In this document: positions 20,035-29,198 of the stretch, piece after piece
Layout: every line of letters starts with the position of its first letter
Position numbering within the stretch: the first letter of the stretch is position 1
IMG/VR virus record: IMGVR_UViG_3300002835_000015
Location: 1 to 64,000 of that record
From: a virus
Direction: 5' to 3' (one strand)
Length of the DNA: 64,000 bases
Position numbers and translations under genes: made by a program
Notes under the pieces: generated by a model
Told to the model about the DNA's origin: nothing
The model's database searches: none
What the model saw: the letters and a program-made list of their open reading frames with translations, nothing else

Positions 20035-21235
20035 TTATGTTTGTTTAAAATCTTCTCAGATTAACCTATCTTTACATGAGATAGTGAGCGGGCCATATGA
20101 TGAGCCACCTTGTGGTGGTTTGTGCTATGAGCCTCCCACAACCACTAACACCACTATACCGCCAACCACAACTGTAGCACCAACTACCACCACGGTAGCA
20201 CCAACTACCACCACGGTAGCACCAACTACCACTACTGTAGCACCAACTACCACTACTGTAGCACCAACTACCACAACTGTAGCACCAACTACCACCACGG
20301 TAGCACCAACTACCACTACTGTAGCACCAACTACCACTACTGTAGCACCAACTACCACAACTGTAGCACCAACTACCACCACGGTAGCACCAACTACCAC
20401 CACGGTAGCACCAACTACCACTACTGTAGCACCAACTACCACTACTGTAGCACCAACTACCACTACTGTAGCACCAACTACCACCACGGTAGCACCAACT
20501 ACCACTACTCCCAATATTACAACTACCCCTCAAGCTACCACAACTCCAGTTGCTACTACTACTGAGCCACCAATTGATCCGTGCGCAATAGCCAAAATGG
20601 CGCAGGTTGGAGTTACGCCAGACGGCAAACCCATATGCTGTGCAATAGGATGGAGTTACGACCCACAAAATGGTTGTTGCCCATCCGAAGGACTATGTGA
20701 GCCTCCATATATTATTTCTAATTTTGCATCTGTAACTTTGCCACAAAATGAACTATTCGGTGCTACCCAAGAGATAACTACAAAAAAAATAATAGAAGAA
20801 ATGATTAATAGCGGTGTTAACATGGTATTAGTTGGTGGATATGCACTGAAGATGTATCATATAAATGATAATCCTAGAGATTTAGATTTTGTTTATGAAG
20901 CATCTGATGAAAACATAAGTAAAATAATAGACATTCTTGTTAACTTTGGATACGAAGAAGAAAATCTTCAAAAGATGTACAAATATAAAGATTCAAGCTT
21001 TAGACTGAAAGTTATTGTGGGCAATGATATGAGTATTGACTTTATATCTAACATTCTTAACGAAATTGATTATTATTCATTAATAAACGGGACAGTCAAG
21101 TGCAATATATTAGATGATATTAATGTAAATCTTATAAGCAAAAATGACTTGTTGAATGCATTTGAAGTTGCCTCCAAGTATAGACCACATAAGTATCAAA
21201 AATTAATTACAATCTTGAAAGATTTGTTAAAATGA
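20027..21235 (+). CDS. 3-Cys module, mucin-like stalk, Cys-rich knot and nucleotidyltransferase (Pol-beta superfamily) domain
   Basis: VLVGGYAL...PRDLDFV...SIDFI motif in the last ~150 aa, preceded by 16 VAPTTTT repeats. Confidence 0.7.
   Translation: MPSYVCLKSSQINLSLHEIVSGPYDEPPCGGLCYEPPTTTNTTIPPTTTVAPTTTTVAPTTTTVAPTTTTVAPTTTTVAPTTTTVAPTTTTVAPTTTTVAPTTTTVAPTTTTVAPTTTTVAPTTTTVAPTTTTVAPTTTTVAPTTTTVAPTTTTVAPTTTTPNITTTPQATTTPVATTTEPPIDPCAIAKMAQVGVTPDGKPICCAIGWSYDPQNGCCPSEGLCEPPYIISNFASVTLPQNELFGATQEITTKKIIEEMINSGVNMVLVGGYALKMYHINDNPRDLDFVYEASDENISKIIDILVNFGYEEENLQKMYKYKDSSFRLKVIVGNDMSIDFISNILNEIDYYSLINGTVKCNILDDINVNLISKNDLLNAFEVASKYRPHKYQKLITILKDLLK
20174..20509 (+). repeat. 16 x 21-bp coding tandem repeat GTAGCACCAACTACCACHACK (VAPTTTT)
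   Basis: Counted directly: 336 bp, with three synonymous unit variants. Confidence 0.95.
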
Positions 21236-24200
21236 GCTGTATATGCGGATCAATATCTATTCCGGTTGGAACCAAATACAATAAAAATGGATTTGGACTA
21301 AGAGCTTTGCATAACAGCGGCTTTACGGACTTAGAGTTAGTTCATAGTATTGATTGTGTAGTAAATAATGGAAAGAGATTTGTAACCACCTCTAAAAAGC
21401 AAAACTTTAGTAACAATATTATTGGATTTGAGATATATTGGGGTGATGGATCATTACCACTCATTCAAGATAATGTACAACTTTCTATATATGATTATAT
21501 TACAAATGAAAATTTTGGATTTATAAATATTGCATCATTAAATGAAAATGTTATATTCATACCAGTATTAATTACATCTGGATCTGATAAAAAGTTTGCA
21601 GTATCTGTTAAAAGTTTGTGCAACATTGAAACTCCAGAATGTTGTTCAAATCCAATAATAACTTTAAATCCATCAATTAACACTATTACTGTTCCATGTA
21701 TAACTGAGCGAGGACTTGTATTTCCTACTCCAGTACCAACTACTACTAGCACCAGCACATCCACTAGCACCAGTACATCCACTAGCACCAGTACCTCGAC
21801 TAGCACCAGTACCTCGACTAGCACCAGTACCTCGACTAGCACTTCTACTTCTACTAGTACTAGCACCTCGACTAGCACCACTGCTGTACCCAATTTAAAT
21901 TCTGCAAATTTTAATAGTTGTGCTGATTGGAATATTCTTAATGGTAATGTTACTACTGTTGGAAGTAATGGTCGTTCTAGTTATTATGGTACATTCGACC
22001 AAGGTGGTAATGTGTGGCAGTGGACCGATACACTTGGTAATACGACAGGTCGTTACGGAAATATTAATATTTATCTTCGCGGCGGCAGCTGGAATCTTAA
22101 TGCGTTCTACTTGACATCATCCAGTAGGAACGTGGACGATCCTTATTTCAAGCAAAGCGACATCGGTTTTCGCATTGCAAGCTCCTTCTCTACTCCTAAC
22201 CCTTTAAATTTACCTAATTTTGTTACTATAGCAAATACTGATAATAATAATGATATTACAGGTTATGGAGCTGTAAACTATATTTATAGTATAGGAAAAT
22301 ATACTGTAACCAATTGTGAATATGTTGAGTTTTTGAATGCTGTAGGCACTAATGATACTTATGATATCTACAACTCAGATATGTCAGATGATCCTAGAGG
22401 TGGTATATATAGAAATGGTATTGCTGGTAGTTGGAGGTATAGTTTTAAAACTGATATGGGCAATAAGCCTGCTGTTCATGTTACATGGTTTAATTGTGCA
22501 AGATATTGCAATTGGCTTCATAATGGTAAGTTATCTGGACCTCAAGATAGTACCACAACAGAAAATGGAGCATATCCCCTTAACGGGAGAGTTAACGGAG
22601 ATTCTGTAGCAAAAAATATAAACGCCAAATACCATATTCCCACAGAAAATGAATGGTATAAGGCGGCATACTACAGCCCGATAAAAGGAGGAGTTAATTC
22701 CCCCGGATATTATTCTTACGCCACTCAGAGCGATATTGCTCCAACTTGTGTAACAGCAAATTCTACTGGAGATGGGAGTGCTAGAACTAGCGACTATGTA
22801 TGTCCCACTACAACCACAACTAGCACTTCGACTTCAACTTCTACCAGTACAAGTACCTCTACTAGTACTTCAACCTCAACTAGCACTACTACTACCGTAG
22901 ATCCATCTACATGCACAGATAACTATTTAGTTGGAAAGTATCCATTTACCAACGCCGTAGAGTTTACTACTTCAAGTGGAGCATTATTATTTGATATATA
23001 TCTTGGTGGAACAAACTATCTTGATAATATAAACTATGTAAATAGTACAATATTGCAGCCGTGCAGTAATGTAGGAAATAGATATTATGATACAACTACT
23101 GGTAAGTGGCAAGTTAGTTTAAGACCAATATTAAGAGGCGATACAAACCATCCCCTACATATCACTATGTTTAGCTCCCCTCAAGTATTAACACTACCAG
23201 TGGGTCAAGAACAAGTTAATTATCAATATTTAATCAAAGTTTCTGGAGGCATATTTGAAATTCCAAACAATTTTATCGCACCCCAAATAAATAGTCAAAA
23301 TTATGATATATCTCTGTTCAAACCCACTGATAGTATCGCGGCAGCATTATTATTAAAGACGCAAAGCGATGTTTATGGTTTAAAATTACCACCAAGTGAT
23401 GGCTATTTTGGAAATATTACTAAACCAAATTACTATACAATATCCAAAGTGGTTGGGAATGTGCTTCCCGGTATAAGCGAAAGCACACTGTCTTCATGGA
23501 CAAATAAATTATCTACTGACAATACTAATTCTGGAGTACTTTATTTAAAGTGTTCTTCTCAAGATCCATTTCTATGCTGTTGGGACAATCCTAGTAATAA
23601 TTATTTTTCAAACTCAAGTAGTGATTGCGGTAAAACTTATTATCCACCATACAATCTTTCAAGAACAAATTCTGTTGATGTTCCTCATAATCCATATATA
23701 TATCCAAATGTAATCAATTATGCACCCCCATCAGCATCTGGAAAAATATGCCCTTACGATAGTGACTATCAGCCCGTCAATCTTTCCAATAGAATAAAAA
23801 TTACAATACCTAACGACCCAGTATTTAGCGGTGTATACGTATTTGATAAATTTGGTAGTAATCTAGATTGGAGATTAAATACTACGGATAGTACTACAAA
23901 TCCATATACTATAAGTTTTCAAGAATTTACGCTTGGTGATAGTAAATATAGAGAATACTTCTATGCTGATGGATCAAATCTTTCTTCGACATATGCTTTT
24001 CCCGCCAAATTTCTTATGACACTTCACCTATCTCCAGTAAATGATAGCGTAGTTGGAACTGGACATAGGGCTGCTGTTGGATTCACACTACCCATACGCT
24101 ATAGAAAACCATATCAAGATTGGGTTGTTGTAGATAGAGTATCACATGGAATTTATGGAAATGATAAAAATTATGGCTATATAAATACTGCCGGAAATGA

Positions 24201-24861
24201 TATAGAACTTATTGGTGATGAAGTCTGTAGTGGCATACCAGAGTTTGGTTTTGGTTATAGGGTTTCTGCTCTAGGGTTGGGATGGAATAATGTATCTAGA
24301 TTTATCGGTCCTGACATATTTATAGGATATGAAGGATACTATACAGATCCAACATATCCAGAAGCTCCGTTTTATGAACCAAAGATACCAATGCTAGCAG
24401 ATGTAGAGTTTGTATATTCTTGCCGACCCAATAATTGTTCAAGTTATGTAAGTCTTCCAGATGCTACATACTCTTCAGCAGTATTTAGTGATAACCCATT
24501 ATGCGGGTGTACAATTAGTAACTTTGTTGATTGCAACGGTAATGTTGATAGCGACACTATTTATGACAATATCAATGTATATGCAATATTTAATTCTAAT
24601 GCTGGCTATCAATACTATCGATTTTCTTTAAATAGAATATCTATTCCACCAATATCAGAAACATCTAAAGTTTTAGTATATAGTGTTAATTCTTCTAATA
24701 GTAGTACAGATAATAGAGTCATAAATGCAATATCTCAAACAATACAAAATAATTTTCAATATGGCTCTACTTACCCAGATCCCATAAATATAGATATATA
24801 TTTACAAGCAAATGGTAATAACTTAGATGTATTTATTTATCCCTCAGATGAAGATCAATAA
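21232..24861 (+). CDS. Modular adhesin-like protein with an FGE-sulfatase/C-type-lectin-fold domain between two Ser/Thr stalks
   Basis: Motifs YGTFDQGGNVWQW, RGGSW, IGFRIA, IGKYTVTN..Y.EFLN, V.WF..ARYCNWL and IPTENEWYKAA. (TS)n tracts flank the domain, and the rest is Cys-rich. Confidence 0.75.
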   Translation: MSCICGSISIPVGTKYNKNGFGLRALHNSGFTDLELVHSIDCVVNNGKRFVTTSKKQNFSNNIIGFEIYWGDGSLPLIQDNVQLSIYDYITNENFGFINIASLNENVIFIPVLITSGSDKKFAVSVKSLCNIETPECCSNPIITLNPSINTITVPCITERGLVFPTPVPTTTSTSTSTSTSTSTSTSTSTSTSTSTSTSTSTSTSTSTSTSTSTSTTAVPNLNSANFNSCADWNILNGNVTTVGSNGRSSYYGTFDQGGNVWQWTDTLGNTTGRYGNINIYLRGGSWNLNAFYLTSSSRNVDDPYFKQSDIGFRIASSFSTPNPLNLPNFVTIANTDNNNDITGYGAVNYIYSIGKYTVTNCEYVEFLNAVGTNDTYDIYNSDMSDDPRGGIYRNGIAGSWRYSFKTDMGNKPAVHVTWFNCARYCNWLHNGKLSGPQDSTTTENGAYPLNGRVNGDSVAKNINAKYHIPTENEWYKAAYYSPIKGGVNSPGYYSYATQSDIAPTCVTANSTGDGSARTSDYVCPTTTTTSTSTSTSTSTSTSTSTSTSTSTTTTVDPSTCTDNYLVGKYPFTNAVEFTTSSGALLFDIYLGGTNYLDNINYVNSTILQPCSNVGNRYYDTTTGKWQVSLRPILRGDTNHPLHITMFSSPQVLTLPVGQEQVNYQYLIKVSGGIFEIPNNFIAPQINSQNYDISLFKPTDSIAAALLLKTQSDVYGLKLPPSDGYFGNITKPNYYTISKVVGNVLPGISESTLSSWTNKLSTDNTNSGVLYLKCSSQDPFLCCWDNPSNNYFSNSSSDCGKTYYPPYNLSRTNSVDVPHNPYIYPNVINYAPPSASGKICPYDSDYQPVNLSNRIKITIPNDPVFSGVYVFDKFGSNLDWRLNTTDSTTNPYTISFQEFTLGDSKYREYFYADGSNLSSTYAFPAKFLMTLHLSPVNDSVVGTGHRAAVGFTLPIRYRKPYQDWVVVDRVSHGIYGNDKNYGYINTAGNDIELIGDEVCSGIPEFGFGYRVSALGLGWNNVSRFIGPDIFIGYEGYYTDPTYPEAPFYEPKIPMLADVEFVYSCRPNNCSSYVSLPDATYSSAVFSDNPLCGCTISNFVDCNGNVDSDTIYDNINVYAIFNSNAGYQYYRFSLNRISIPPISETSKVLVYSVNSSNSSTDNRVINAISQTIQNNFQYGSTYPDPINIDIYLQANGNNLDVFIYPSDEDQ
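21739..21882 (+). repeat. (Thr-Ser)n coding repeat, 6/18-bp period
   Basis: ACTAGCACCAGTACCTCG-type units. Confidence 0.9.
22807..22896 (+). repeat. Second (Thr-Ser)n coding tract
   Basis: Encodes TTTTTSTSTST...TTTT, more degenerate at the DNA level than the first tract. Confidence 0.85.
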
Positions 24862-24882
24862 TAAATTAGGAAAGGACTAAAC

Positions 24883-25482
24883 ATGATACTACCAAATACA
24901 ATTACTATACAACCACCCCCATACTCAGACAATTCTGGCAGGGTGATTCATCCCCCAGAAGTTCATTTAAATGAACTAAATTTTGTTTTTACTGATAATC
25001 CACTTTATAAAAGAATTTCTGCACAAATCATATCTCTACCGGTAAATATAACTATATGGAGCGGTTCAGATTATGACTTAATAGGCGATTGGACTAAATC
25101 TCAAGCGGAGCAAAAAATATTGACTTTGCTTGGAGATAACCCGGCTTCATACATACGATCTTTGTACGCAAAAACTCTGGAAGAGTACCCCAATCACCCC
25201 GGCACTATTTTGTCTAAAATGATTAAAAGTGTTGGAATTCAGATGACTGATAGTTGTTCATGTAAGGCCCATGCCCTAGAAATGAATGAAAAGAACAATG
25301 ATTGGTGTGAGCAAAATATAGACACTATTGTTGGATGGCTTCGTGAAGAAGCTAGTAGAAGGGGTCTTCCATTTATGGATGCTTTAGGTAAGTTATTAGT
25401 GGGTCGAGCCATTAAAAAGTCTCGCAAATTACTAGCAAATGAGCCGGTCCCAGATAATGACGAAGATCTAGATACTATCTAG
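24883..25482 (+). CDS. Two-domain hypothetical protein with a C-terminal CxC...WC helical domain
   Basis: PGT.L..MI...GI....SCSC..HA.EMN....WCEQN.DTIV.WLREEA.RRGLPF motif, with an AGGA RBS. Confidence 0.65.
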   Translation: MILPNTITIQPPPYSDNSGRVIHPPEVHLNELNFVFTDNPLYKRISAQIISLPVNITIWSGSDYDLIGDWTKSQAEQKILTLLGDNPASYIRSLYAKTLEEYPNHPGTILSKMIKSVGIQMTDSCSCKAHALEMNEKNNDWCEQNIDTIVGWLREEASRRGLPFMDALGKLLVGRAIKKSRKLLANEPVPDNDEDLDTI

Positions 25483-25487
25483 TTTTA

Positions 25488-25497
25488 GTGTATATTA
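25488..25497 (+). promoter_or_regulatory. Putative late promoter GTGTATATTA
   Basis: Intergenic, 36 nt before ATG 25534. Confidence 0.7.
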
Positions 25498-25533
25498 CAT
25501 AGAGAAGCCTAAAAACAAAAACGGGGACTTTTT

Positions 25534-26055
25534 ATGTCTTGGAGAAGCCAGATACCGTTAATGGTCAGGCATTTAATCAATGACCTAGAACCATCTAATT
25601 ACAAATATTCTGATGACAGGATAGAAACATCCGTTCTTGTTAGCGCACAAATGCTAACTATAGAAACAGATTTTCCTAATTCCTATTCTATAGACATTGC
25701 TAATGGTCAACTATCTCCAGATCCCACTATTGGTGATATAAAAGATAACGCATTTATTAATTTAACTGCTTTAAAAACAGCCTGTATTATAGTCGGAAGT
25801 GAGTTAAAGACCGAAGCTTCAAATGCAATCTCTATCAAAGACGGACCCTCTGCTATAGACTTAAGGGGAGTAGCCTCTACCCTGTCAGTTCTATACAGAG
25901 ATCTCTCTGATAAATATGCTAAACTACTACTAGATTACCGTGCTGGTGGTAGCATAGTTGGACATGCTATTCTTGGTCCCTATAGTCCAGCTAGTGACTA
26001 CGTTGTTAGAACCCACGGTGATTATGACTCTAGAGGCGGCTATTTTAGATATTAA
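25534..26055 (+). CDS. Putative head-tail adaptor (connector)
   Basis: VRHLINDL....Y.YSDDRI motif typical of adaptors. Size and position also fit. Confidence 0.6.
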   Translation: MSWRSQIPLMVRHLINDLEPSNYKYSDDRIETSVLVSAQMLTIETDFPNSYSIDIANGQLSPDPTIGDIKDNAFINLTALKTACIIVGSELKTEASNAISIKDGPSAIDLRGVASTLSVLYRDLSDKYAKLLLDYRAGGSIVGHAILGPYSPASDYVVRTHGDYDSRGGYFRY

Positions 26056-26067
26056 TGGAGGATTACA

Positions 26068-26994
26068 ATGCCAGTTAGAAATAGTGGTGAATTAGTTAGT
26101 CGTATAAATCTCGCAATTCCAGACAACAATGCTGGACAAATATCTGCCGCCGATGTGAGAAACAGTATTATTGACACAGTTGATTCTATTGTTTCTATAG
26201 TAGCAAGTGGAGATTTGACTCAAACTCCATTTGTAAAGAACGTAACAATAAAGAAAACAGACGGTAATGATAATACCGGACAATTAATTGTTGAGTCTGG
26301 TGTTAAATTTCCGGGTGGTTTACAACTTGTTCCATATCCCGGCCCTCAGTCCATAAGCCACAATGATTTAATTGGTAGAGACATTGGAGATCCACATTTT
26401 CAATATATTCCAGTTAGTGGCATAAGAGCATTGAGAGGCAATCTAGGAATTGGAAATAATTGGATAAATTCTAGCGGTAATTCTATTATTCAATCTACTA
26501 ATGGTAAAGGCTTACAGTTTGCCTATTCTACAGATCCCACTAAAGAAACAATTAATGTTGGAAGTGGCACACAATTTACTTTCCTAAAAGATAAATCAGT
26601 TCTTAATTCTGCTAGAGGTGTTGCCAAAGCTTGGATAAATTTTGATGCAAGCGGAGCAATACCAGTTGTTAATGATGCTTATAATGTTTCTGGATTAATA
26701 AAAGAGAGTGCTGGACACTTTCTTGTTATTATTCACTCTGGTGTTTTAAAGGATAATAATTATGTTGCTGTCGGTAACAGCAATGCCAGTAGTACTAATG
26801 ATAATGCATTCTTCCAGAAAAATACTGTAGGCTTATCTAAGAGACTAACTAGAGCAGATGGAACTCAGTCAATTACATTTTATGTTATGGATGATGGTGG
26901 TCAGTTCTGCAATGCCAAGGTAAATGACTTAGTTATCTATGGTACAGAGCCGCTTGGTTCCGGCAATCCGCCAGTTACAGTAACAGTACTATAA
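26068..26994 (+). CDS. Short fibre/collar-type virion protein
   Basis: IPDNNAGQISAADVRN N-terminal module and a C-terminal AKAWINFD....YNVS.L.....G.F fibre-tip motif. Confidence 0.6.
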   Translation: MPVRNSGELVSRINLAIPDNNAGQISAADVRNSIIDTVDSIVSIVASGDLTQTPFVKNVTIKKTDGNDNTGQLIVESGVKFPGGLQLVPYPGPQSISHNDLIGRDIGDPHFQYIPVSGIRALRGNLGIGNNWINSSGNSIIQSTNGKGLQFAYSTDPTKETINVGSGTQFTFLKDKSVLNSARGVAKAWINFDASGAIPVVNDAYNVSGLIKESAGHFLVIIHSGVLKDNNYVAVGNSNASSTNDNAFFQKNTVGLSKRLTRADGTQSITFYVMDDGGQFCNAKVNDLVIYGTEPLGSGNPPVTVTVL

Positions 26995-28682
26995 TGATAA
27001 ATATATACGATAGAATAAAAGAAATATCCTACACTATAGGTACTAACAACATCGCTCTTGGCGGTGCTGTTAAGGGTTTTTCTACATTCTCATCTGTATA
27101 TTCTAACAATGATGAATTATTTTATGCTATAACTGACGGTACTAATTATGAAATAGGCTCTGGGCTTTACATATCTTCTAGCAATCAAATTAAAAGATTT
27201 CCTGTCAAAAGTACAAATAGTAATAACTTAGTAAATTTTCCAGAAGGATTAAAAGAAATTTATGTAAATTATCCAGCTACCAATGCTGTATTTAATACAT
27301 CCGGTTTGTCTGCGGTTCCTCAAAATAGCGGATTACCATTTTGGACTTCTTCTAATTCTCTATCTTACAGCAATAAGTTTGTAGTAGATTCTGGCAATGG
27401 GCGTATCGGTATAAATAAAAATAATCCTACAGCATCAATTGATATTGGTGGTTCAAGTTCCGCTTCAAACATAAAAGCATCTGGCTTTATTGTTGGTAAT
27501 TCTGGCATATACTTTCCATCTGGTAATAATGGATTGTCATCTTATTCTGGTGGTTTACAACTTACTCATTTTGAAATGAACCAAACAGATACTTACTCTG
27601 CCTCTGTAATACAGTTGAGTGGTATTGTTAATCAAAATATATTGTTAAAAAAACAAAATGCTGGCACTTTTTTTGCTGGCCCTCCTAGCGGTTGTTCTCC
27701 ACCCTGTGATCCAGCCTATCCAAATTTTAGACCACTAACAGTAGAAGATATACCAGATTTATCTAGTCTGTATGGTGATTATAATACAATAAATTTTACT
27801 CTATTATCTCAGTTTAGAATATCAACATCCACAACTGACCCACTCGCTGAAGGAGTTTCTACAACTATATATTTACATCCATATCTTGGCAATATAATCT
27901 CTCTTTTCAATGGATCTACTTGGGAAGAAAAACAATTCTCTAGTACATTGGCGTTGAATGCGACCTCTGTTAATGCTAACACAAACTATGATATTTTTGC
28001 TTATCTAAATGGAAGCACACTTTCATTTGAAAGCATTGCGTGGAGTAACAATACATCTAGAGGTACTGAAATATCATTACAAGATGGGGTTTATTGTAAA
28101 ATCAATGATAAAACTAGAAGATATCTAGGAAGTGTACGAAAGATTAGTTCCAACTTTTATAATGATTATAGTCGTAGATTAGTATTTAATGCTTATAATA
28201 GAGTTAAAAGATTAAGTATGACAGTAACACATGGTCATAACTGGTCACTCACCCCTTCATACGACTATACCATTGTTAACACCGGCCTAGTGCCTACTAT
28301 AAGATTTTTACATGGATTGCCAGAAATGATCGATGCTAATATTAATTTACTTGTTGAATTGCCGGGAGCTAGATCATCATATCAATTAATTTTATTAGAC
28401 CAGCCTTATTCTGAATATACTATAGGAAACAACAATATTTTTGATGGTGCAGAAATATTTTATGATTCTAATTCTAAAATTAATGCCATTGGTCAAGGCT
28501 TTTATATAGACGGTGACTATACTGATTTTATTAAGACTGTAGCTCATGCTGGCATGACAACGGAATTAACTGGCTATTTAGAATTATTAGCGGTAGAGCG
28601 AGTTACAATCGGAGTTTCTCCAACAATAGGCACTAATGCGTATGTCGGAGCAGTTGGATACAATGCCACTTCATATCAATAG
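26994..28682 (+). CDS. Fibre protein
   Basis: N-terminal DRIKE...IGT..IAL.GA..GF.TF...YAITDG..YEIG.G...STN.N.LVNF fibre anchor domain, a GRIGINKNNP repeat, and a TRRYLGS tip domain. Confidence 0.7.
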   Translation: MINIYDRIKEISYTIGTNNIALGGAVKGFSTFSSVYSNNDELFYAITDGTNYEIGSGLYISSSNQIKRFPVKSTNSNNLVNFPEGLKEIYVNYPATNAVFNTSGLSAVPQNSGLPFWTSSNSLSYSNKFVVDSGNGRIGINKNNPTASIDIGGSSSASNIKASGFIVGNSGIYFPSGNNGLSSYSGGLQLTHFEMNQTDTYSASVIQLSGIVNQNILLKKQNAGTFFAGPPSGCSPPCDPAYPNFRPLTVEDIPDLSSLYGDYNTINFTLLSQFRISTSTTDPLAEGVSTTIYLHPYLGNIISLFNGSTWEEKQFSSTLALNATSVNANTNYDIFAYLNGSTLSFESIAWSNNTSRGTEISLQDGVYCKINDKTRRYLGSVRKISSNFYNDYSRRLVFNAYNRVKRLSMTVTHGHNWSLTPSYDYTIVNTGLVPTIRFLHGLPEMIDANINLLVELPGARSSYQLILLDQPYSEYTIGNNNIFDGAEIFYDSNSKINAIGQGFYIDGDYTDFIKTVAHAGMTTELTGYLELLAVERVTIGVSPTIGTNAYVGAVGYNATSYQ

Positions 28683-28691
28683 GTTATAAAC

Positions 28692-29198
28692 ATGTTATAT
28701 AAATTAGTTCAAGAGATAAATAACGTGCTTCCAATAGCTGGGGTATCAGAATCAAATGGTTCTACCTCCGTCATGTATGTTGATCAGCCAACAGAATTGC
28801 AACTGGAAGCAATAAATGAAATACTAAACAATTGGCCTTTAAAAAAACTTAAATCAGAAAAACTTAAACAATTAGATATAGTTTGGGCCGAAACTGTCAA
28901 AGCTGGCTGGACAACCCAAGCTGGATATAAACTTGGAATAGATATTCAAGATATTACATTATTAACCGGTGCATTCACATTAGCTAAAGAAGCCAACAAT
29001 ATTGGGCTTACTGATCCATCATATATAGTTGATACCGAAGGTAATTCTCATGGATTATCATTACCAGAATTTACTCAATTAATGTTACAATATGGTCAAG
29101 CCAGAGCAACCTTAAGCAATTCATACGCTACACTAAAACAATCTATTAATGAGTCTACGACACCAGAAGAACTAAACGCTATCAATTTAACAATATAG
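28692..29198 (+). CDS. Putative fibre assembly chaperone (DUF4376-like)
   Basis: Follows a fibre gene. LKSEKL..L, D.EGN.H.LS..EF and terminal INE.TT.EEL.AI patterns. Confidence 0.55.
   Translation: MLYKLVQEINNVLPIAGVSESNGSTSVMYVDQPTELQLEAINEILNNWPLKKLKSEKLKQLDIVWAETVKAGWTTQAGYKLGIDIQDITLLTGAFTLAKEANNIGLTDPSYIVDTEGNSHGLSLPEFTQLMLQYGQARATLSNSYATLKQSINESTTPEELNAINLTI

Noticed and set aside
20174-20509. Tandem 21-bp repeats as a possible CRISPR array
   Set aside because: There are no unique spacers, the repeats are in-frame coding with only synonymous variation, and no cas genes are present.
21232-24861. A complete diversity-generating retroelement, or an active formylglycine-generating enzyme
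   Set aside because: No reverse transcriptase, Avd or template repeat was seen in the window, and the catalytic Cys pair is missing. Only the target-like signature is reported.
25468-25482. Short palindromes such as CTAGATACTATCTAG here and GATATCT-AA-AGATATC at 14501-14516
   Set aside because: They are short and AT-rich, and not consistently placed relative to the promoter motif, so they are compatible with chance.
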